Shown one piece after another: positions 7,623-14,948 of a DNA stretch of 32,000 nucleotides (the stretch's first letter is position 1; every line of letters begins with the position of its first letter). Source of the stretch: Fibrobacter succinogenes subsp. succinogenes S85 (GTDB taxonomy: Bacteria; Fibrobacterota; Fibrobacteria; Fibrobacterales; Fibrobacteraceae). The notes below the pieces were generated by a model that did no database searches, was not told where the DNA came from, and was given only the letters and a program-made list of their open reading frames with translations. The translations under genes were made by a program, and so were the position numbers. The stretch covers positions 3,240,001 through 3,272,000 of the forward strand of contig NC_017448.1 in assembly GCF_000146505.1 (NCBI RefSeq). The letters run 5' to 3'.

Positions 7623-9023
7623 ATGAATCCGGAAGTTGCCGTCAAGATTTTTGAAGCCGGCAAGAGTGCCGGGGCTGACTTTGTTGAAATTTTTGAAGAA
7701 GAAACCCGCAGTTCAAGCCTCGGCTTGAAGGACCGCCAGATTGAAACGGCGACCGCGGGTACCGAGTACGGTATCGGCGTTCGCCTTTTGTACGGGACGG
7801 AAGTCCTGTACGGGTTCACGAGTGACGATAGCGAAGAAGCTCTCGTGAAGCTTGTGAAGACGCTTGCGTTCGGGCGCATTGCCGCCGCAGCGGGGGCGGA
7901 AGGCTCGGCTGCAAGGCCGTTTGAATTTGCACCGGAAAAGCGCATTTGCGATTATAATTTTGGCGCTTACCAGGATCCGCGCGTGCTCGGCCAAGCTATT
8001 AAGCAGGACTTCTTGTTCCGTGCAGACAAGGCGGCCCGTGCGCTCTCGCCGAAGATTGCTCAGGTGGGCGCCAGCGTAACCGACAGCTGCACTTCGATTT
8101 CTCTTTTGAATAGCGAAGGCTTGCATCTGGAAATGACTCGTGGCCGCTTGCGTGTGAACGTGAACGTGACGGCAACGGACGGTACGGAACGCTTGACGAC
8201 GCACGAAGCCCCGGGCGCTCTTGGCGGTTATGAACTTTTAGCAAACTATTCTCCAGAAGCTTTGGCAACGGAATGTGGCGAGCGCGTGCTGCGCATGCTC
8301 GATGCCGGTTACATCACTGGTGGCCAGATGCCGGTCGTGATGGGCAATGGCTTTGGCGGCGTGATTTTCCACGAAGCATGCGGCCATCCGCTGGAGACAG
8401 AATCTATCCGTCGCAATGCAAGCCCGTTCTGCGGAAAGCTTGGTGAAGCGATTGGCCAGCCTTGCTTGACTGCCATTGACGATGGCACGATGGATGGCGT
8501 GTGGGGTAGCCTCAAGTACGATGACGAAGGAACGCCGACGCAGCGTACGACGCTTATTGAAAACGGCATCCTGAAAACGTACATGAGCGACCGTGTGGGC
8601 GCTATGGAAGTGGGTGTGGAACGCACCGGAAGTGCTCGCCGTGAAAGCTACAAGTACGCACCTGTAAGCCGTATGCGCAATACGTTTATCGCTCCGGGCA
8701 AGGATACGCTTGATTCCATGATTGCAAGCGTGGATAACGGACTCTATGCGGCCCGCATGGCAGGCGGTTCTGTGAACCCGGCGACGGGTGAATTCAACTT
8801 TGCAGTCGATGAAGGTTACGTCATTCGTAATGGCAAGATTTGCGAACCGGTCCGCGGTGCAACGCTTATCGGTAAAGGCCACGAAATCATGCCGCGCATT
8901 AGCATGGTCGGTACAGACTTTGAGCAGGCGGCAGGCGTTTGTGGAGCCTCCTCTGGGCATGTGCCGGTGACTGTCGGGCAGCCCTCCATTAAGGTCGATC
9001 AAATCCTAGTCGGTGGACGATAG
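7623..9023 (+). CDS. tldD: metalloprotease TldD
   Basis: 466 aa with HEACGHPLE and a C-terminal GxC...G pattern typical of TldD/PmbA. The start lies 1 nt after the hisF stop. Confidence 0.93.
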   Translation: MNPEVAVKIFEAGKSAGADFVEIFEEETRSSSLGLKDRQIETATAGTEYGIGVRLLYGTEVLYGFTSDDSEEALVKLVKTLAFGRIAAAAGAEGSAARPFEFAPEKRICDYNFGAYQDPRVLGQAIKQDFLFRADKAARALSPKIAQVGASVTDSCTSISLLNSEGLHLEMTRGRLRVNVNVTATDGTERLTTHEAPGALGGYELLANYSPEALATECGERVLRMLDAGYITGGQMPVVMGNGFGGVIFHEACGHPLETESIRRNASPFCGKLGEAIGQPCLTAIDDGTMDGVWGSLKYDDEGTPTQRTTLIENGILKTYMSDRVGAMEVGVERTGSARRESYKYAPVSRMRNTFIAPGKDTLDSMIASVDNGLYAARMAGGSVNPATGEFNFAVDEGYVIRNGKICEPVRGATLIGKGHEIMPRISMVGTDFEQAAGVCGASSGHVPVTVGQPSIKVDQILVGGR

Positions 9024-9160
9024 CCGCGCTTTCTTTTGATAAAAGTGTTAACTCCCATGAAAATGGAAAAGCCCTCGCAAGAGGGCTTTGGAGTATTATG
9101 GGTTGTCACGAGTAAAGTACAAAACCATTTCGAATAAAACAAGAAAACCATGTAAAAAAG

Positions 9161-9196
9161 AAACAACGGCATCTCGTGAGAGGTGCCGTTGTTTTG
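9161..9196 (+). terminator. strong hairpin with an A-tract on one side and a T-tract on the other (probable tldD terminator, bidirectional shape)
   Basis: A 15-bp stem AAACAACGGCATCTC / GAGGTGCCGTTGTTT (one G-U pair) with a GTGA tetraloop. AAAAAAG lies upstream and TTTT downstream. Confidence 0.6.
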
Positions 9197-9405
9197 GTGT
9201 ATGGGATGTTTGGTTTTGTATCCATAAAATAGTTTAAATTGGAGTATTAGTGGTGTTTTTTGGTACATTTCCGATGTAAAGGTTTACAACACTTACAACA
9301 GGCAACAACACTTACAACGCCTATAAAATCTGTTTCAAAAAAATCCTTTGAATCGTTGCTTTTGAAACGCTGGCGTGTTATTTTTTGAATAGGGTGGGGA
9401 CTTGG

Positions 9406-9428
9406 AACGGCTTGAATTGCCGTTTTTT
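9406..9428 (+). terminator. small terminator-like hairpin just upstream of the clpB promoter
   Basis: AACGGC-TTGAATT-GCCGTT followed by a T6 run (9423-9428). The stem is short, so confidence is low. Confidence 0.35.
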
Positions 9429-9465
9429 CGCTGAAAATCGCGATTTTGGGGAGCTAGGGGCGTTT

Positions 9466-9481
9466 TGGCACGCCATTTGCA
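9466..9481 (+). promoter_or_regulatory. sigma54 (RpoN) -24/-12 promoter upstream of clpB
   Basis: TGGCACGCCATTTGCA matches TGGCAC-N5-TTGCA, with GG and GC separated by exactly 10 nt. The GC lies 37 nt before the clpB ATG. This leaves a 5' UTR of about 25 nt containing AGAAAGAAGG. Confidence 0.6.
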
Positions 9482-9516
9482 TAGGGTAAGGCGTAAAAAA
9501 AGAAAGAAGGTCTATT

Positions 9517-12084
9517 ATGTCAGATTTTACTAACGATGCAGAAAAGGTCTTGGCCAAGGCGCAAAGCTTGCGCGACCGCTGTTCGCACTCCTACCTGGGT
9601 GCGGCACATTTGGCCGTTGGCCTTGTTGAAGGCCCTGATGCAACCCTGAAGAAACTTTATAAGTCCAAGGGCGTCAAGCCGAACGAACTCCGAGGCCGTT
9701 TGGAACCGTTTGTGCAGAAAATCCCGCGCATGGAAGGCGTGAACCCGGATGTTGAACCGGATAGCGACTTGAACCGCATTTTGCGTGCCGCTGTGCAGGC
9801 GGCTCGTCAGGTCAGCCGTATGGTAACGCCGGGCGATTTGCTCGTGGCGTTGATGAAGTTCTCGGGCGACCGTGGACTTGCCAAGGTTTTTGAAGATGCG
9901 CTTGGTTCGACCGAAGTGGTGGAAACTTGGCTTTCGGACCCGTTTGCGGGAGCCGCGAACGCCGAGGAACAGTCTCCGCTGAAACTCTACGGTCGTGAAC
10001 TCGTGGAAATGGCGGCTGATGGAAAGCTCTCGCCGGTGATTGGCCGTGAAGAAGAAATCCGTCGTGTGATTTTGATTTTGAGCCGTAAGACAAAGAACAA
10101 CCCTTGCTTGGTCGGTGAACCGGGCGTGGGTAAGACGGCTATTGTCGAAGGCCTTGCCGAACGTATTTACCGTGGCGACGTGCCGGATGCGTTGAAGGGC
10201 AAGAAGGTCTTTGCGCTTGATTTGTCAGCCTTGATGGCGGGTGCAAAATACCGTGGCGACTTTGAAGAACGTCTCAAATCTGTGATTGATGCTATCGAAG
10301 AAGATGGCAACACGCTTATGTTCATCGACGAACTCCACAACATTGTGGGTGCAGGTAAGACCGAAGGCTCGATGGACCTTGGCAATATGCTTAAGCCGAA
10401 GCTCGCTCGTGGCGAACTCCATTGTATTGGTGCGACGACGACTCAGGAATACCGCAAGTACATCGAAAAGGATTCCGCTTTGGAACGTCGTTTCCAGCCG
10501 GTGCAGGTCTCTGAACCGAGTGAAGACGAAGCTATTTCCATCTTGCGTGGCATTAAGGATGGCTTTGATGCGCACCATGGCGTGCGTCTGCACGATAACG
10601 CGCTCGTCGCTGCTGTGAAACTTTCGAACCGTTACATCAGTGATAGGTTCCTCCCGGATAAGGCGATTGACTTGATTGACGAGGCGGCAAGCCTTGTGAA
10701 AACGCAGATGGACACGGTTCCGGAAGCGCTCGATACCTTACAGCGTAAGGAACTCCAGATGAAGATTGAGGAACAGGCGCTTTCGAAGGAAACGGACGAA
10801 GCGAGCGTCAAGCGCTTGAAAGAACTCCGTGAAGACCTTGCTGTGACTGATGCTGCCGTCAAGCAGATGCAGGAACGCTGGCAAGATCGCCGTGCCGCAT
10901 TTGCCGAAGTTCAGGACTTGAAGAAAGCTTTGAAGGCTGCAAAGGACGAGATGGAACAGGCTGAAGCCCGTTACGACTTGAACCGCGCTGCAGAACTCAA
11001 GTACAATAAGATCGTAAACATTGAAAAGGAACTGGCGCAAAAGACCGAAGCGCTCCGCAAGAGTGCCGAAGAAGGCGGCTTGAGCGAAGAAGTGACCGAA
11101 GAGACGATTGCGCTTGTGGTGAGCCGTTGGACGGGCATTCCGGTGACAAAGCTTTGCGAAGGCGAAAAGGCAAAGTTGTTGCACTTGGACGAACGTCTGC
11201 ATGCCCGTGTGATTGGCCAGGACGAAGCTGTTGAAGCCGTGTCCGAAGCGATTTTGCGTAACCGTAGCGGCCTCTCCCGTGAAAATGCGCCGATTGGAAG
11301 CTTCCTCTTCTTGGGCCCGACGGGCGTGGGTAAGACGGAACTTGCAAAGGCTTTGGCTGTGGAACTTTTCGATAGCGAAAACGCACTTGTCCGTATCGAC
11401 ATGAGCGAATACATGGAAAAGCATAGCGTAAGCCGTTTGATTGGTGCTCCTCCGGGATACGTGGGCTACGAAGAAGGCGGCCAGCTGACCGAAGCTGTGC
11501 GTACGCATCCGTACTGCGTGATTTTGCTCGATGAAATCGAGAAGGCGCACCCGGACGTGTTCAATACGCTGTTGCAGGTGCTCGATGACGGTCGTTTGAC
11601 GGACGGCAAGGGCCGTACGGTGAACTTCAAGAACACCTTGATTTTGATGACCTCGAACTTGGGTGCCGAGAAGTTCCGCCTGAGTGCGGCTAACGCCAAG
11701 AACGGTGAACCGCCGCAGGTTGCGCTTGCGGATGTCGAAGCCGACTTGCATGCGTTCTTCCGCCCGGAATTCTTGAACCGCTTGGACGAAGTGCTTGTAT
11801 TCCAGAGCCTCTCGAAGAAGCAAATTCGCGAAATCGTGAAACTCAAATTTGCAGATTTGGCGAACCGCGCTGCCCGTCAGGACTTGGTGCTTACGCTTTC
11901 GGATGCGGCTCTTGATGCGATTGCGGAAGGGGCTTACCAGCCGGAATTCGGTGCTCGCCCGATTCAGCGTTACATCGAACGCAACATAGAACGTCCGTTG
12001 AGCCACGCGATACTCTCGGGAACCGTGAGTGCAGCAAAGCCCGCCGTCGTGGACTACAAGGACGGAATGTTTGTAGTGAAATAG
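9517..12084 (+). CDS. clpB: ATP-dependent chaperone/disaggregase ClpB
   Basis: 855 aa with two AAA+ modules ([15 protein letters not shown] and [15 protein letters not shown]), a long coiled-coil middle domain between them, and a Clp N domain. Confidence 0.98.
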   Translation: MSDFTNDAEKVLAKAQSLRDRCSHSYLGAAHLAVGLVEGPDATLKKLYKSKGVKPNELRGRLEPFVQKIPRMEGVNPDVEPDSDLNRILRAAVQAARQVSRMVTPGDLLVALMKFSGDRGLAKVFEDALGSTEVVETWLSDPFAGAANAEEQSPLKLYGRELVEMAADGKLSPVIGREEEIRRVILILSRKTKNNPCLVGEPGVGKTAIVEGLAERIYRGDVPDALKGKKVFALDLSALMAGAKYRGDFEERLKSVIDAIEEDGNTLMFIDELHNIVGAGKTEGSMDLGNMLKPKLARGELHCIGATTTQEYRKYIEKDSALERRFQPVQVSEPSEDEAISILRGIKDGFDAHHGVRLHDNALVAAVKLSNRYISDRFLPDKAIDLIDEAASLVKTQMDTVPEALDTLQRKELQMKIEEQALSKETDEASVKRLKELREDLAVTDAAVKQMQERWQDRRAAFAEVQDLKKALKAAKDEMEQAEARYDLNRAAELKYNKIVNIEKELAQKTEALRKSAEEGGLSEEVTEETIALVVSRWTGIPVTKLCEGEKAKLLHLDERLHARVIGQDEAVEAVSEAILRNRSGLSRENAPIGSFLFLGPTGVGKTELAKALAVELFDSENALVRIDMSEYMEKHSVSRLIGAPPGYVGYEEGGQLTEAVRTHPYCVILLDEIEKAHPDVFNTLLQVLDDGRLTDGKGRTVNFKNTLILMTSNLGAEKFRLSAANAKNGEPPQVALADVEADLHAFFRPEFLNRLDEVLVFQSLSKKQIREIVKLKFADLANRAARQDLVLTLSDAALDAIAEGAYQPEFGARPIQRYIERNIERPLSHAILSGTVSAAKPAVVDYKDGMFVVK

Positions 12085-12096
12085 TGATTAGTGGTT

Positions 12097-12198
<102 letters not shown>

Positions 12199-12214
12199 CA
12201 CAGCGGCGAAGCCG

Positions 12215-12934
12215 CTACAACGCTGTCATAACGTAAAGAGCAATGGTCTTACGATCATTGTTCTTTTCTTGCATGACGCCGACGTCAAAGTCAATGCGGA
12301 CGTGTGTACCGCCGAAGGTTAGTTCAATCTTCGGAATGATATTCACCATGAAGTCGTCCTTGAGTAGCCCGATGCTGCCGGATGCAGTCACTTCAAGGAA
12401 CATACGGAGAACTTGTCCAAAAACAAGTGTCGGAATCATGGAACTTGAAAACTTGACGTATCCGCTTTGATCGCCTTTTTTGCCTACAGCGCCTTCAAGG
12501 AAACCTGCACGGAGTTCGTAGTAGTTGGCGAAGCATTTTGCGATGAACTGCTGTGTACCGATGGTAAATGCCAATGCGCTCTGACTTGTTTCGCTCAAGT
12601 TGAGATAGCCGTCAAATGCGATGAAAGAACTTGGTCTGTAGCGGTAACGCACGCCAAGGTCAAGCGCTGTATGGATTTCGTCCAGCTTATTATAGGTGTT
12701 GATATCAAGCTTTGCACCAACATCAAATTCTTTATTCAAACGAGTCGTGAAGTTGATGGGGAAGAGAACGTTGGAGTTGAATGGCGAACGGATACCGATG
12801 CCACCACCGATTTTGGGTGAAGGGCGGCTTTCGGGGCCAAAGTTGTAGCGCATGTCCCAGAAATGGTCCAATGCAAAAGAACTTGTTGCTAAAATGGCGA
12901 TTAGTAGGCAAAGAATGCGTTTCATGTCCATCAA
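12215..12934 (-). CDS. hypothetical secreted protein, probable outer-membrane beta-barrel
   Basis: The signal peptide is MKRILCLLIAILATSSFA-LD (the start may be the ATG at 12925). The rest alternates hydrophobic and polar residues in beta-strand-like segments rich in G, Y and F. I recognise no family. Confidence 0.6.
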   Translation of the reverse strand: MMDMKRILCLLIAILATSSFALDHFWDMRYNFGPESRPSPKIGGGIGIRSPFNSNVLFPINFTTRLNKEFDVGAKLDINTYNKLDEIHTALDLGVRYRYRPSSFIAFDGYLNLSETSQSALAFTIGTQQFIAKCFANYYELRAGFLEGAVGKKGDQSGYVKFSSSMIPTLVFGQVLRMFLEVTASGSIGLLKDDFMVNIIPKIELTFGGTHVRIDFDVGVMQEKNNDRKTIALYVMTAL

Positions 12935-12978
12935 AGTTAGATAAATCGCCCGGTAAAAGCTAAATTTACACGCGTAAA

Positions 12979-14076
12979 ATGGAGGTATTTGTGGTAGAAC
13001 CGCGTCCAGAACTTTCTAAACTTTCCGATTACGTCCCAGGCAAGTCCATCGACGAAATTCGTGAACGTTATGGTCTTAAGAATGTTGTAAAGCTTGCGTC
13101 TAACGAAAACCCGTTGGGTGCTTCTCCGAAGGCGGTGGAAGCGTTCCACGAAATCGCAAATTCGTTGCACTTGTACCCGCGTGGTGATGCTCCGAAGCTC
13201 ATTGATGCCATTGCAAAGATGTATGGCGTTTCTACCAACCAGATCGTGATTGGTAACGGTTCCGATGAAATCATCGACATGGTGGGCAAGGCTTTTATCC
13301 GCCAGGGCGACAATTGCGTGGGCATTACGCCGACGTTCTCTGTCTACAAGTTTACAACGCTTTCAAACGGTGCCGATTTTATTGGTGTGGGCGAAGGCGA
13401 TGAAAAGGCAACGCTTGATAAGCTCGCTGCTGCCGTCAACGACAAGACTCGCGTGGCTTTCATTTGCAACCCGAACAACCCGACCGGTCACTACTACACC
13501 GAAGCTGAAATTCGTAGCTTCCTTGCGAAAGTGCCGTCGAACGTTCTCGTGTTCTTGGACGAAGCTTACGCTGAATTTGCAACGGCTGCCGATTATCCGA
13601 AGATGGCTCCGCTGCTTTCGGAATACCCGAACTTGTTCCTCAACCGTACTTTCAGTAAAATTTATGGTTTGGCTGGGCTCCGTGTGGGTTATGCGATGGC
13701 AAGTGTTGAAGTTGTCCGTGCCATGTGGAAAATCAAACCGCCGTTTGACGTGAACCAGGCTGCTCAGGTGGCTGCCGTGGCTGCTCTTGCCGATACCGCT
13801 CACGTTGAAGCGACTCGCAAGAACAACGCTGTGGGCTTTGAATACTTGAATCGCGAACTTAGTGCGCTTGGCTTCAAGGTGCTCCCGACGCAGGCAAACT
13901 TTATCTGCGTGCATATTGGTGAACGCGCCAAGGAACTTGTTTCGTTCTTGGAACAGAACGGTATGATTGTTCGTGGCCTTACGAGCTTTGGTATGCCGGA
14001 ACACATCCGCATCACGGTAGGCAAGCCCGAAGAAAACGAACTCCTTGTTTCGCTTGTCAAGAAGTGGGTCGGCTAG
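12979..14076 (+). CDS. hisC: histidinol-phosphate aminotransferase
   Basis: SNENPLG near the N-terminus, NPNNPTG, and the PLP-lysine motif RTFSKIYGLAGLRVGY. Confidence 0.94.
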   Translation: MEVFVVEPRPELSKLSDYVPGKSIDEIRERYGLKNVVKLASNENPLGASPKAVEAFHEIANSLHLYPRGDAPKLIDAIAKMYGVSTNQIVIGNGSDEIIDMVGKAFIRQGDNCVGITPTFSVYKFTTLSNGADFIGVGEGDEKATLDKLAAAVNDKTRVAFICNPNNPTGHYYTEAEIRSFLAKVPSNVLVFLDEAYAEFATAADYPKMAPLLSEYPNLFLNRTFSKIYGLAGLRVGYAMASVEVVRAMWKIKPPFDVNQAAQVAAVAALADTAHVEATRKNNAVGFEYLNRELSALGFKVLPTQANFICVHIGERAKELVSFLEQNGMIVRGLTSFGMPEHIRITVGKPEENELLVSLVKKWVG

Positions 14077-14085
14077 GAGCTTGCT

Positions 14086-14931
14086 ATGGAAAATCGCGAA
14101 ATTGCAAAGGCAGGTGTCGCTCCCGAGAATCTGGAACTCTTGAAGATTGCGCTCAAGACGGCAGAACTTGCCGAAGAGAACATCCTCAAGTATTACCAGA
14201 ACGATGTTGGCGTCGAATGGAAGGCGGATAAAACTCCCGTGACGATTGCGGACAAGGGAACCGAAGAACTCGCCCGTAAATTCTGGGCGAAGGAAACACC
14301 CGGCTTTGGTGTCATTGGCGAAGAATTCGGCATTGAAAGCCCGGATGCGGAATACCAGTGGGTGATTGACCCGATTGACGGCACCAAGTCGTTTATCCAC
14401 GGTGTGCCTTTGTTCGGAACGCTGATCGGCCTTTATCACAAAAATGTTCCGATTGCAAGCGTGATTCGCTTACCGGCAATGAAGAGCGCTGTGTGGGCGG
14501 TGAATGGCGGCGGTGCATTCTTGGACGGTCGCGAAGTTCGCGCTTCGAAGGTATCGCAGTTGAGCGATGCGCTCGTGCTTTCGGGTACGGTCAACACGAT
14601 GGAAGACAAGGGTTTTGGCGAAGGTTTTACGAAGCTCCGCCGCAGCGCTCGCTTGCATCGTGGCTGGGGCGATTGCTACGGCTATTACCTCGTGGCTGCA
14701 GGTCGTGCCGAAATCATGGTGGATCCGGTTGTGTCAATGTGGGACATTGCCCCGTTCCCGCTCTTGATGAAGGAAGCGGGTGGCAAGTTCAGTACCATTG
14801 ACGGTAAGACCGAGCTCTTTGACGTAAACGGCAAGCCGACGGCTCCGATTTACGAAGGCTTCACGAGCATTGCGACGAACGGGCTCTTGCACGACGCCGC
14901 TCTTGACTGTCTACTAAGTTCTAAGCTCTAA
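14086..14931 (+). CDS. inositol-monophosphatase-family phosphatase, probably HisN-type histidinol-phosphate phosphatase
   Basis: IMPase motifs WVIDPIDGTKSFIHG and WDIAPFPLLMKEAGG. The start is 9 nt after the hisC stop. The last 6 codons (LLSSKL) and the stop codon lie inside REP copy C. Confidence 0.8.
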   Translation: MENREIAKAGVAPENLELLKIALKTAELAEENILKYYQNDVGVEWKADKTPVTIADKGTEELARKFWAKETPGFGVIGEEFGIESPDAEYQWVIDPIDGTKSFIHGVPLFGTLIGLYHKNVPIASVIRLPAMKSAVWAVNGGGAFLDGREVRASKVSQLSDALVLSGTVNTMEDKGFGEGFTKLRRSARLHRGWGDCYGYYLVAAGRAEIMVDPVVSMWDIAPFPLLMKEAGGKFSTIDGKTELFDVNGKPTAPIYEGFTSIATNGLLHDAALDCLLSSKL

Positions 14932-14942
14932 GTTCTGCCAAC
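14914..14942 (+). repeat. REP-like element copy C (short form of the core)
   Basis: CTAAGTTCTAAGCTCTAAGTTCTGCCAAC is the core without the AGAGCGAAGCGG centre. It lies between the convergent IMPase-family and comEC genes. Confidence 0.75.
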
Positions 14943-14948
14943 TATTCA

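Noticed and set aside
9067-9089. Hairpin AAGCCCTC-GCAA-GAGGGCTT as the tldD terminator
   Set aside because: It has no T-run on the plus strand. The stronger hairpin with a T-tract at 9161-9196 is a better terminator candidate. I kept this one only as a noted structure.
9057-9137. 26-codon plus-strand ORF (MKMEKPSQEGFGVLWVVTSKVQNHFE) after tldD
   Set aside because: It has no Shine-Dalgarno sequence, and its middle is the GC hairpin at 9067-9089. That is more simply explained as RNA structure.
9381-9430. Sigma32-type heat-shock promoter or CIRCE operator upstream of clpB
   Set aside because: CTTGAA-like hexamers are present, but no CCCCAT-type -10 element lies at 13-17 nt spacing. No TTAGCACTC-N9-GAGTGCTAA inverted repeat is present.
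10738-12006. Long antisense ORFs: 10738-12006(-), 6845-7945(-), 2774-3847(-), 13363-14439(-), 30503-31597(-), 8238-9002(-), 4083-4835(-), 5564-6190(-) and 419-1075(+)
   Set aside because: Most lie opposite a gene with clear family motifs (clpB, hisF/tldD, hisC with the IMPase-family gene, nusA, the methyltransferase). 2774-3847(-), 4083-4835(-) and 419-1075(+) lie opposite the HTH/lipoprotein pair and the 305-1042 repeat protein, which have good starts and signal or repeat features. The antisense translations are low-complexity (Arg/His/Ser-rich) and lack RBS and start context. They are by-products of codon bias on the coding strand.
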